The translations under genes and the position numbers were made by a program. The notes under the pieces were generated by a model. The model did not search any database. It worked only from the letters and a program-made list of their open reading frames with translations, and had not been told where the DNA came from. From the NCBI RefSeq assembly GCF_025273655.1, contig NZ_CP045921.1, positions 900,001 to 932,000 of the forward strand: a stretch of 32,000 nt of DNA. The letters are read 5' to 3'. Below are positions 7,203-15,580 of this stretch, in pieces. This stretch comes from Candidatus Saccharimonadota bacterium (GTDB taxonomy: Bacteria > Patescibacteriota > Saccharimonadia > Saccharimonadales > Saccharimonadaceae). How positions within the stretch are numbered: position 1 is the first letter of the stretch; the number at the start of each line of letters is the position of its first letter.

Positions 7203-8502
7203 GCTTTTGTGGCATAGGGCTATGCCGCTCTACATGTTCGCGCTCCCCTGCTACAAATGGATTAAACTTCGCACTCATCACCCAGCTCAATGATTCGTCG
7301 ACGATATCGTGTGCTGAGATATAGTTGAGAAAGCGCCAGGCTTCGTTGAGCCCATAGAAGTAGTCGATGTCTTTGCGATGCGATATACCTTCGTCTACGT
7401 CCACCATACCAGCAAAATCACGACGCAAAAATGACACCGCTGTCGCATAGGCTTTCTCTTCGGGCTCTTCTTTCTTTTCAGCGACATTTTTGAGAAACGA
7501 CATCTGGAAGAATAATTTGAAAATCTCGTCTTTTGGTACATTTTCCGTACTGGCAAGCCCGGCAGCTAGGTAATGTTCAAGTCCACGAGTGGGTGTATGT
7601 TCTCCCGTGAGACATTGCTCAAACGCAATCATCAATGCTTCTTCGAACCGCGCATATGCTGCGGTACCGTATTGGCCAAGCTCATCGCCATTCTCTTCGG
7701 CAAGTGCTGAACGAAGTGCGTGACCACCTTCATGGATCATGAGTCCCTGCAGCGTATCTTTCGAAGAGCGTCGTTGCGACGAGACAACAATTTGTTTGTC
7801 CGTTGCACGGGTTGTGACTGAAGATTTTTTACGTTGCACTACGTGTGCACGCCATCCAGATTTGTGAAGTGTAGGCGTTGAGCCTATTAATTTCTGAAAA
7901 TATTCCACGATCTGCTGAGCATCGTATTGAGACTCATGGCCATCGTTTTCAATTTCATCTACTATGTCACCGAAGTTATCTTGTAGCCAATCACCGACCA
8001 TCTCGAATGTCGCATGAGTCGGTTGTGCGAGTGTATCGCTTGAGACATCTGCACCCCATGCATCAAGTTTTGCAACAACCTCGCTGCGTTGAATCTGCCA
8101 TTCTGGTGGTAGTGTGAGTTCAGCGAGCTGCGTCCGCTTGAGGCTTACCGCTGCACGAAATAGCTCAGGATCATAGTATCCATATAGCTCTTCTTGAAGT
8201 TCTGCGATTTCATCGCTCACATCTTCCTCGTATAGCATTTGCTCGGCGATACATGACGCCAGCGTAATCTCGGCCATATGCCTCCTGGCAATTAGCCGTT
8301 CTTGTTCGTTCAAGCTTGTATCTTGATATAGTAAATCCCACTGCTCTCGAGCGGCTGTCGCATCTGCGGCGATCTGCTCCAAAGCACTGTCTGTCAGGGT
8401 AATGTCGACCGAGCCATCCTGCGCGATGAACACATCGCTATCAAGCCGCCTACCTGGCGCAAAGCTATACTCTGCTCTCGCTGTATATAAATTCTTGTTC
8501 AT
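7174..8502 (-). CDS. HExxH zinc metallopeptidase, divergent DUF1704/MATCAP-like
   Basis: 442 aa. Contains GLMIHEGGHALRS (HExxH), then G..YARFEEALMIAFEQ and RKDIDYFYGLNEAWRF. These are collinear by eye with the HEIGSH...GYEKGNEGRAFLREQ...LKDTVYLEGNVRCW blocks of the 15581 gene. Confidence 0.6.
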   Translation of the reverse strand: MNKNLYTARAEYSFAPGRRLDSDVFIAQDGSVDITLTDSALEQIAADATAAREQWDLLYQDTSLNEQERLIARRHMAEITLASCIAEQMLYEEDVSDEIAELQEELYGYYDPELFRAAVSLKRTQLAELTLPPEWQIQRSEVVAKLDAWGADVSSDTLAQPTHATFEMVGDWLQDNFGDIVDEIENDGHESQYDAQQIVEYFQKLIGSTPTLHKSGWRAHVVQRKKSSVTTRATDKQIVVSSQRRSSKDTLQGLMIHEGGHALRSALAEENGDELGQYGTAAYARFEEALMIAFEQCLTGEHTPTRGLEHYLAAGLASTENVPKDEIFKLFFQMSFLKNVAEKKEEPEEKAYATAVSFLRRDFAGMVDVDEGISHRKDIDYFYGLNEAWRFLNYISAHDIVDESLSWVMSAKFNPFVAGEREHVERHSPMPQKLKNLFEEIA

Positions 8503-8524
8503 AGATTTTCAAAATGTTCGTGCG

Positions 8525-8567
8525 GTCACACCCCTTGCCCGCGCTTACGCGCAGGAAGGGGTGTGAC
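8525..8567 (-). terminator. GC-rich stem-loop between the 8578 stop and the 8502 start
   Basis: GTCACACCCCTT (8525-8536) pairs with AAGGGGTGTGAC (8556-8567). An inner CGCG/CGCG pairing is also possible. The T-run is weak on the minus strand; TTT follows on the plus strand. Confidence 0.45.
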
Positions 8568-8577
8568 TTTGGGATAA

Positions 8578-9171
8578 TCACGATGGGTTGGCCGGAGGAT
8601 TCTGCGGCGACACCTGTGCGGCAGCCGCCTTTCGCTTCGCCTCCTCGGCTTCGCGCTTCTGAATCTTATTCGACTCGGGAAGCAGGTCCTTCGCTCCGCT
8701 ACGACGTGCCCGAAAATCAGTTGGCGTACCGCTTTCCTCGTCGCGCTTCTTCTTGGCCTCTGCGTCCTTACGCTTGCGCTCCGCTTCTAGGTCGGCCTTG
8801 GCAGCTTGCTCTCGGCCATCCTGCTCACGCCAGCGTGTAGCGGTAGCGCGCATGTCACCATCGGTCATCGACAGCGGCCGCTGCTCTACCTCGAGTCGGC
8901 CACTCAGTGTGGCCGTGTGCCGAGCAGCTCGACCGTCAGCCGAACCCCTGACCCACCAGGTCAGCAACATCATGACAATCACAGCGATGAGCCCCGCCAG
9001 CATCAGCCAGAAGAAAAACCCAACCCACATGCACGCAACACACAGAATAGCTATCACCACGAAAATGGCGATCAGCCCCATGCCGATGTTGTCAATCTCC
9101 CGGTCAATCCACCGGGGCGGCTTATCCTCTGCCGACGAGTATTCGTGTCCCAATTCTTTGCCGTGACTCAT
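8578..9171 (-). CDS. Hypothetical membrane protein with two TM helices and a K/E/A/R-rich tail
   Basis: 197-aa ORF with a strong SD (AAGGAGGTG) and a TATAAT box upstream in 9172-9238. Hydrophobic core IAIFVVIAILCVACMWVGFFFWLMLAGLIAVIVMMLL. Confidence 0.7.
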   Translation of the reverse strand: MSHGKELGHEYSSAEDKPPRWIDREIDNIGMGLIAIFVVIAILCVACMWVGFFFWLMLAGLIAVIVMMLLTWWVRGSADGRAARHTATLSGRLEVEQRPLSMTDGDMRATATRWREQDGREQAAKADLEAERKRKDAEAKKKRDEESGTPTDFRARRSGAKDLLPESNKIQKREAEEAKRKAAAAQVSPQNPPANPS

Positions 9172-9238
9172 TGCCCACCTCCTTATTTTGAGTGAGTACG
9201 GTTAATTATATTATACCATTATTATGGTACTTAGTCTA

Positions 9239-11896
9239 CTACCGAATCGAGTTGAAGTTTTTGATCGCGCCAAGTCGTTCAGCATTAACATCAGAAATTG
9301 TCGCACCAATCTGAGGATCGGATAGTGTTGCCTCGGCCGCTTCGATAAGTTTTTCGATCTGCCTACCGAGCAGACCCCTATCGAAATCGCCCGCACCCGC
9401 TGGTATAGCACCTGCATGATACGCCTGCATAAGTCCAAGCATATCCTCTAGCGCCACAGAGTCAGCAGTAGCAAGCGCTTGCCTGCTAAACTTACCTTTG
9501 TTGATGTAATCAATAATCATGCGCTCATAGCCGCCGGCACTAGTTGCATGGCCCTGATCAATACGATCCAATGCCTGCCCCGACAAGAATGGCGCCTTCG
9601 AAGCGTGCGACGCGATCACGGCATCCTTGATTGTGCCATGCAGGCCACGCCATGCCTCGCGGTCGTCTGACGCGGCGCGCAAAATATCCGACGCACCTTC
9701 GTAGTTCGTCTCTTTGAGGAACTTCGATACGGCCGCTTCGTGCAACTCACTACCGATATTGCCATTCACTTCGAACCTATAAGAGCGTCCTTGTGAGTCT
9801 TTACCCTCTGCAAAACCACCGAGCGCCAATGTCTTCAGTGAGGCATTGTCCAGGCCATCGCTAAAGTGCTTGAGAAGTTCGGTCTGAGCTGCAATACCCT
9901 TGCCGAAGTCTTCGCGAATTGTCTGCGTAGCACGTGCGGTCGCGAGCTTTTCGGCAGCCTCACCACCAATACCCGCTGCAGCTCGCTGCAGCGCTTGGCT
10001 ATCAACCATACTGTTCGCAAACTCAACACGATGTGTTGCCTCGGCAAATGACTTGCGCGAATCCTGAACCATATGATCCTGTGCAAGACTATGTACATCG
10101 TTGCCGAGCGTAGCAGCCACGTTATCCCCATTGCGAGCGTGCATTGTACTGCCCTTGTTCGATTCAAGTTCTTTCATGTAGTTCTCGAAGCGAGCTTTCT
10201 GGTTGTGTAATGACATCTCAGCCATCTGATGTTGCACGGCTTCACGCCTCGCAGACGCATTGGTAATTTTACTTGCCTCATACGCCGCATCGTTGCGCAG
10301 ATTTGCTGTTGCTTCGCGCGCTTCGGCTCGCTTCTGATCAATAGCGAGCTGCTCGCTCTGCATGGCATAGGTGGCATTGCGCTGCGCTTGGTAGGTCTTG
10401 CGTTTCGTCTCACGGTCACGCTTACCCTTGTCGAGCTTCTTCATGAGCGCTACGCCCGGGTTACCACGAGTTGGCTCAGCCAATCGTCGATCTTTCGCGA
10501 GGTCAAGGCGTTCTTTGCTCCAGTTTTTTGCACGATCGCCCACACCCTTGGCTGGATCGTTGACCATACCGGCAACCTTACCGAGAAGATTACCACTGAA
10601 ACGTATGAGAAAAGGAGTGATTACGAGCGGAACAACTTGTATAAACATCGCGAGCATTACCGTAATAACGCTTGTCGCGTTCTGTGCTATTAGCATTGCC
10701 GCTAATTGCGAGCCTCCAAAAAGTACCGAGAACATGGGATACACGAGCAGCATGGTCATGAAAAGACCGCGCCACTTATCGAAGTACTTTTGCGTACTTG
10801 GTAAAATAAAAGCAGCAAATGCAATTGGCGCTATCACAATAAGCACCGTAATGATTGCCTGACGAGCTGCCAGTACCACCACCGCAACTATGACAGCGAT
10901 CCCAGCACTCACGAGCATCGGTGTGAGCAGGTGGAGTGCCGCCGGTCCTAACGCCAACGCCGTCATTCCCCCTGCCGCTATAGTACCGCCCGACAGGACA
11001 AGCGTAGCAATATTTGCCCAAGTCTGAGTGGACTGGCTTGTCGCCTGATTACCGCTTAGCTCATTACGAACCCCGTTCAGCACATCCTGCAAATTAGCTC
11101 CGACAATGTTGGATGCATCAACTGCAGCAGCGCAAATGTAATAAGAGATGTTGATCAGCACTGCGGCGACGATAAGCCGCGGTATAATCGTGCGAAGATC
11201 GTACTGCTTGACACCTTGTCCGGTCAGATAGGAGTAGATGATTATCAAAAAGCCAATCACGAACAGCACATTGGCAATCGTGAGCATCATCGCCCAGGCT
11301 TTATACAAGCCCCCTTCACGATTAGTGGACAGCGGTTGAACGCTAAGAAAGGTCTTCAACACATCGTAGACTTTGTCCATCGCTTCGGCGAGAAACTTCA
11401 TCACTGGGCAGACAACAAATCCGATACCTCCAACCACACACGAGGTCTGCTCTTTTTTATCTGCAGCATCAGCCGGCTGCTTATCGATTGAGATACCTCG
11501 TTGATTGGTTGGATTGGAATACTTCTGAGTCGCGCCCTGGTCGTAGTCGTACTGGGCGTATTTCGCATTAGTTGTATTCTTTAGATCGGCATCTTTTTCA
11601 AAATAGACAATGTTTGCCTTTGGGCTGCCACCAGAGTTGCTAAGATTTTGATAGTAGACTGCGCCACTTGGCACTCCGGGGGGTGTCGTACCATCGGCCG
11701 TCTGAGGGCCCTGGAAGTCGAGGTTAGCGTAGCGAATGGAACCATTACTCGTGTTCCAGGTGGCCTCGGCAGCATGCGTCACTGGAGAAGTCAGGGTTGT
11801 CCACAACAAAGCCGCGATTATCACGACCAAAAAATTTAGAGCATATCGCCATAGCGACACGCCCTCCAAATGTGGTCTCCAGGTATTCACCCACAT
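9239..11896 (-). CDS. Large polytopic membrane protein, possibly VirB6/TrbL-like
   Basis: 885 aa. Signal/TM segment, then about 140 aa of N/Q/Y-rich exposed region, then at least 7 TM helices, then about 440 aa of charged, coiled-coil-like region. The family call rests on architecture only. Confidence 0.35.
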   Translation of the reverse strand: MWVNTWRPHLEGVSLWRYALNFLVVIIAALLWTTLTSPVTHAAEATWNTSNGSIRYANLDFQGPQTADGTTPPGVPSGAVYYQNLSNSGGSPKANIVYFEKDADLKNTTNAKYAQYDYDQGATQKYSNPTNQRGISIDKQPADAADKKEQTSCVVGGIGFVVCPVMKFLAEAMDKVYDVLKTFLSVQPLSTNREGGLYKAWAMMLTIANVLFVIGFLIIIYSYLTGQGVKQYDLRTIIPRLIVAAVLINISYYICAAAVDASNIVGANLQDVLNGVRNELSGNQATSQSTQTWANIATLVLSGGTIAAGGMTALALGPAALHLLTPMLVSAGIAVIVAVVVLAARQAIITVLIVIAPIAFAAFILPSTQKYFDKWRGLFMTMLLVYPMFSVLFGGSQLAAMLIAQNATSVITVMLAMFIQVVPLVITPFLIRFSGNLLGKVAGMVNDPAKGVGDRAKNWSKERLDLAKDRRLAEPTRGNPGVALMKKLDKGKRDRETKRKTYQAQRNATYAMQSEQLAIDQKRAEAREATANLRNDAAYEASKITNASARREAVQHQMAEMSLHNQKARFENYMKELESNKGSTMHARNGDNVAATLGNDVHSLAQDHMVQDSRKSFAEATHRVEFANSMVDSQALQRAAAGIGGEAAEKLATARATQTIREDFGKGIAAQTELLKHFSDGLDNASLKTLALGGFAEGKDSQGRSYRFEVNGNIGSELHEAAVSKFLKETNYEGASDILRAASDDREAWRGLHGTIKDAVIASHASKAPFLSGQALDRIDQGHATSAGGYERMIIDYINKGKFSRQALATADSVALEDMLGLMQAYHAGAIPAGAGDFDRGLLGRQIEKLIEAAEATLSDPQIGATISDVNAERLGAIKNFNSIR

Positions 11897-11905
11897 ATTG
11901 ATTCT

Positions 11906-11934
11906 ATACTATCACTTTTTAGTAGATTCGTCAA
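11906..11934 (-). promoter_or_regulatory. Promoter of the 885-aa membrane protein gene
   Basis: Minus strand reads TTGACG, 17 nt, TAGTAT, 9 nt, ATG(11896). No SD sequence is present. Confidence 0.5.
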
Positions 11935-12010
11935 GCTTATGACCTCTTGACGAGAACAAAACTAACTATACTCTCATTTTGCGTAAAAGCCAAGTATATT
12001 TGGGGAGAAA

Positions 12011-13108
12011 TTAGGAGAAAATGGAGCGCTTTTTACTGGATTTGAACTGCTCGAGCAGCTCCCGTTGCTTTTTGCTCAGTTTGGCCGGAGTGTCTACTAC
12101 TACACTGACAATTTGTGCGCCTCGGTGAGCGCCACGCGGCACACCATGTCCACTCAGCTTGAAATCGGTGCCGCTCTGCGTACCTGCCGGCACTTTCATG
12201 CGTACCATGCCGTCGACAGTTGGCACGTCCACCTCCGTACCAAGCGCAGCATCGACCATGTCGATATGTGTCTCACTGAGAATGAGGTCACCTTCACGCG
12301 TAAATTCCTTGTGTGCTTTGACACGAATATGTATATAGAGATCGCCACGTGAGCCACCAGCAATCGCCTCACCATGCTCGCGCAAACGTATCGTCGCACC
12401 ATCATCAATACCAGCAGGAATTTTGAAGGCAAGCTCCTGCGTACGACGTTCGGTGCCACGGCCCTTGCAGACAGCACATACTTTTTCAGGTACCTTGCCG
12501 CGGCCTTCACAGGTACTACAAACCACAGCCTGCTGAATCTGACCAAACATTGTATTCATTACCTTGGCAATCTGCCCAGAGCCTTTGCAGGTCTCACACG
12601 TTTTCATACCATAGCCAGGTTCGGCACGCTCACCGTGACAGTGACTACATTCATCTTGCATATCGAGCTTGAGTGTCTTCTCGACACCAAATACCGCTTC
12701 TTCAAACTCTAGCGTTACACTCGTTTCAACATCGTTGCCGCGCCGAGCCCTGCCGCGGCCAGTCTGTTGCCCACCGCCAAAGAATTGACCAAAAATATCG
12801 CCTAGGCCTCCATCGCCAAAATCAAAATGGATATTCTGGCCGTCGAAGCCCTCAAATGGATTGCCGCCACCTGAGCCACCGCTAGCCGCACCGCCTACGC
12901 CCGCATGGCCAAACTGGTCGTAGCGCTGTCGTTTTTGCTGGTCTTTCAGCACTTCGTAGGCTTCATTCACCTCCTTAAACCTTGTCTCGTCACCACCTTC
13001 TTTATCAGGGTGGTGTTTCACGGCAGCCTTACGAAACGCCTTTTTGATTTCGTCAGCGCTCGCGTCTTTGGTAACCCCTAGTACTTCGTAATAATCTCGC
13101 TTACTCAT
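12011..13108 (-). CDS. dnaJ: Molecular chaperone DnaJ (type I, Hsp40)
   Basis: J domain DYYEVLGV...HPD, G/F-rich linker and four CxxCxGxG zinc-finger repeats. Start set at MSKRDYYEVLGV (13108) rather than the track start at 13126. Confidence 0.95.
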   Translation of the reverse strand: MSKRDYYEVLGVTKDASADEIKKAFRKAAVKHHPDKEGGDETRFKEVNEAYEVLKDQQKRQRYDQFGHAGVGGAASGGSGGGNPFEGFDGQNIHFDFGDGGLGDIFGQFFGGGQQTGRGRARRGNDVETSVTLEFEEAVFGVEKTLKLDMQDECSHCHGERAEPGYGMKTCETCKGSGQIAKVMNTMFGQIQQAVVCSTCEGRGKVPEKVCAVCKGRGTERRTQELAFKIPAGIDDGATIRLREHGEAIAGGSRGDLYIHIRVKAHKEFTREGDLILSETHIDMVDAALGTEVDVPTVDGMVRMKVPAGTQSGTDFKLSGHGVPRGAHRGAQIVSVVVDTPAKLSKKQRELLEQFKSSKKRSIFS

Positions 13109-13127
13109 TACTTTTAGTATACACAAG

Positions 13128-13154
13128 CTAGCACTCTCATGTAAAGAGTGCTAG
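13128..13154. promoter_or_regulatory. CIRCE operator (HrcA-binding inverted repeat) over the dnaJ promoter
   Basis: CTAGCACTC-N9-GAGTGCTAG compared with the consensus TTAGCACTC-N9-GAGTGCTAA. It overlaps a putative -35 (TTACAT) and the spacer of a TATACT box (13116-13121) that sits 7 nt before the ATG. Confidence 0.85.
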
Positions 13155-13170
13155 TAGGGGAATATTTGAA

Positions 13171-13794
13171 TTATTTGACTTCGCTAAGATTAGCTTTTTT
13201 GGCAATCTCTAGCAGAATTGCCTTGGCCTCATCGGTGCCGTAGATAATCTTGTCTGAGCTCTGGACGATAGCAAATTTATACGATGTCTTATCTTTAGTG
13301 GTGAGCAGTGCTACTTGTTGATCGTTGAGCATTTCCTGACCATATGGCACCAAATAATGTGCCTCGCTGGATAAGCCAGTCACCTTGGCTTGCTCGGCCC
13401 CAGTGAAGGGCCCAGCAGCGTTCAAGTCTTCTGCCGATGGATATGTACGCACATCAACCTCAAACGACACGTCTCCCTTGGTTGTCTTGACTGCAAATGT
13501 CGCCGTCTCACCCTTTACATCGCCAAGGTGCAGCGTACCCGACTCTTCTGGCTTACTCACTGTCGCATCGCCACCAAATCCAGCGTTCACTTGATCTTTC
13601 GTGAGTACTTTCACCGTACCAAGATGCTCGTTTGGATTAACACTTGCACCATAGCCATCGGCCCCGACACCGTACTGCGCACCCGGATTATTGACTCCAT
13701 TTTTGTCGTGAGCGATTACATACGCCAGCACACCCGCACCAGCCAGGACGACTAAAACGAGTGCCACTATTACTATTAACCGTTTTTTGTTCAT
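13171..13794 (-). CDS. Hypothetical membrane-anchored/secreted protein
   Basis: 207 aa with an N-terminal signal-anchor MNKKRLIVIVALVLVVLAGAGVLAYVIA and a soluble beta-rich remainder. No family recognised. Confidence 0.7.
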   Translation of the reverse strand: MNKKRLIVIVALVLVVLAGAGVLAYVIAHDKNGVNNPGAQYGVGADGYGASVNPNEHLGTVKVLTKDQVNAGFGGDATVSKPEESGTLHLGDVKGETATFAVKTTKGDVSFEVDVRTYPSAEDLNAAGPFTGAEQAKVTGLSSEAHYLVPYGQEMLNDQQVALLTTKDKTSYKFAIVQSSDKIIYGTDEAKAILLEIAKKANLSEVK

Positions 13795-13859
13795 AACTAT
13801 CTGTCTTTATCCTTATGCTTTATGGGGATAGTATACATGACCCGCCGTACACTGTAAAT

Positions 13860-15518
13860 CTAGAAGTGTTCGCGGATATGCCCAAAGCTGAAATCCCAAT
13901 CAGCATCGGTTTTCTTCTTGGGATTGAAGATATTTTGGGGATCGAAGAGCTGTTTAACTTCGCGCATGTAGCCAAGTACAGTTGGGCCGTACATTTGCTC
14001 AAGCCAAGGGCCGCGAACCATGCCGTCGTTGTGTTCACCACTGATGCTGCCACCATATTTGAGCACTAATTCGTTGACTTCTTTTTGTGACGGTTCTAGT
14101 TTTGCTCGTTCGGCTGGGTCTTCGATTTTCATGAGAGGTATCACATGGAAGTTGCCATCACCCATATGACCCGCGATTGTCGCGAATAATTTATATTTTT
14201 TGATGATCTGCTGTAGCTGAGGCAGAAACTCTGGCAGATGCTCTGGCGGAACGATAAAATCATCAATGTATGGGGCTGTATGTTTGTCTTTTACCTTGCT
14301 GCGCAGGAGTTGAAAGCTGTAACGGCGCATAATCCAAAACTTCTCACTCGAACCTTCGGTCGGATCTTCTTCGAAGCCGTTGATTTCATAACGAGCACGA
14401 TGCTTACCGAGACTCTTGTGAAGATCTTTTACCTTTGCGCGCACTTCCGCCTCACTATCCCCGTTGAACTCAACCATAAGAATAAGTTTTGGAATACCAC
14501 GAAGCAACTGGAATCCTTCTGGGATGAGCGTGATAAGTAAATGAATAAATCGTACTGGGCCAAGTAGTTTGAGGAAACTTGGCATGAATTTGATGCTCAG
14601 CCACAGTGTTTGGTCATCAAAGCTCTCAAATGTAGCTGGGTTGCTTTCGAGTACTTTTGGAATCAGCTCACCAAGTTCCTTCGTGCTACGCAGGAACAGT
14701 ACGAGCAGGCCGCTATGGGCGCGACGCTTCACTAGCTTGAATTTGATATCTGTCACAATACCGAGTGTGCCCTGAGCGCCAACGAAGAGCTTGGTTAGGT
14801 CAAAGATACCCGTGTCGCGGTTCCAGACATTCCAGAGATGGTAGCCGGTCGAATCCTTAGACACTCTTGGCTTGGCAGCCTGGATTTCATCGTAGTGTGC
14901 TTCGAGCAGCTCAAACGTGCGCGCGTAGAGCTGACCTTCGAAATCATCCTGAGCCATCTTGGCATTGAGTTCATCTCTAGTAAGCGGCTTGACTGTATAC
15001 TCGTTGCCATCGCTGAGTACTACTTGGAGCTCAGTCACGTAATTATCTGTTTTGCCGTACTCAAGCGACTTCTCACCGCCAGAGTTGTTGTTGACCATGC
15101 CACCGACACTGGCAAGATCACGACTGGCCGGATAACTTGGCAGCAAGCTGTCTTTTGCCACGGTTGCCTCGTCGAACTCGCGGAACAGCATACCCGGCTG
15201 TACATGTGCAGTTGTCTCGGTCACTTCGCGCAGGTTGTTCATATATTTGGAGATATCGAGCACAATTGACCGGCCTATCGCACCACCGGACATGTCCGTA
15301 CCGCGAGAACGCGGCGTGATGCTCAGCTCGGGATGTTCAGCTTTGTGTTCGTTAACAAATTTGACGACGTTTTTGATGTCTTCTGCGTCTTTTGGAAAGC
15401 CCACCACTTCCGGCTTGAGTTCAAACAAGCTGGCGTCGTGCGAGTAAAATTCGCGCGACTCATCCGAAGTATCGAGCTCGCCTTTGAAGATTTTTGCGAG
15501 TTCCTCTTGTAGATTCAT
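13860..15518 (-). CDS. FAD-binding oxidoreductase (GlcD / D-lactate dehydrogenase family, FAD_binding_4)
   Basis: N-terminus typical of FAD-linked oxidases (FP.dAEDIKNVVKF, ITPRSRGTDMSGGAIG) and a C-terminal GGSISGEHNDG motif. Start set at MNLQEELA (15518). Confidence 0.88.
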   Translation of the reverse strand: MNLQEELAKIFKGELDTSDESREFYSHDASLFELKPEVVGFPKDAEDIKNVVKFVNEHKAEHPELSITPRSRGTDMSGGAIGRSIVLDISKYMNNLREVTETTAHVQPGMLFREFDEATVAKDSLLPSYPASRDLASVGGMVNNNSGGEKSLEYGKTDNYVTELQVVLSDGNEYTVKPLTRDELNAKMAQDDFEGQLYARTFELLEAHYDEIQAAKPRVSKDSTGYHLWNVWNRDTGIFDLTKLFVGAQGTLGIVTDIKFKLVKRRAHSGLLVLFLRSTKELGELIPKVLESNPATFESFDDQTLWLSIKFMPSFLKLLGPVRFIHLLITLIPEGFQLLRGIPKLILMVEFNGDSEAEVRAKVKDLHKSLGKHRARYEINGFEEDPTEGSSEKFWIMRRYSFQLLRSKVKDKHTAPYIDDFIVPPEHLPEFLPQLQQIIKKYKLFATIAGHMGDGNFHVIPLMKIEDPAERAKLEPSQKEVNELVLKYGGSISGEHNDGMVRGPWLEQMYGPTVLGYMREVKQLFDPQNIFNPKKKTDADWDFSFGHIREHF

Positions 15519-15580
15519 AGTACCACTGTAGCACAAGCGTAAACGTTTTGGTGGTATTTTTGGCAGAGTATACTAGCTAT

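Noticed and set aside
8578-8800. Possible nucleotide tandem repeat in the GC-rich, GCG/AAG-rich segment
   Set aside because: It is the coding sequence for a K/E/A/R-rich low-complexity protein tail. I found no exact repeating unit.
8514-9195. Plus-strand ORFs 8514-8840, 8753-9166 and 8806-9195
   Set aside because: They are antisense to the 197-aa membrane protein gene, which has a strong SD and clear TM helices. Their products are P/R/S-rich shadow-frame sequences.
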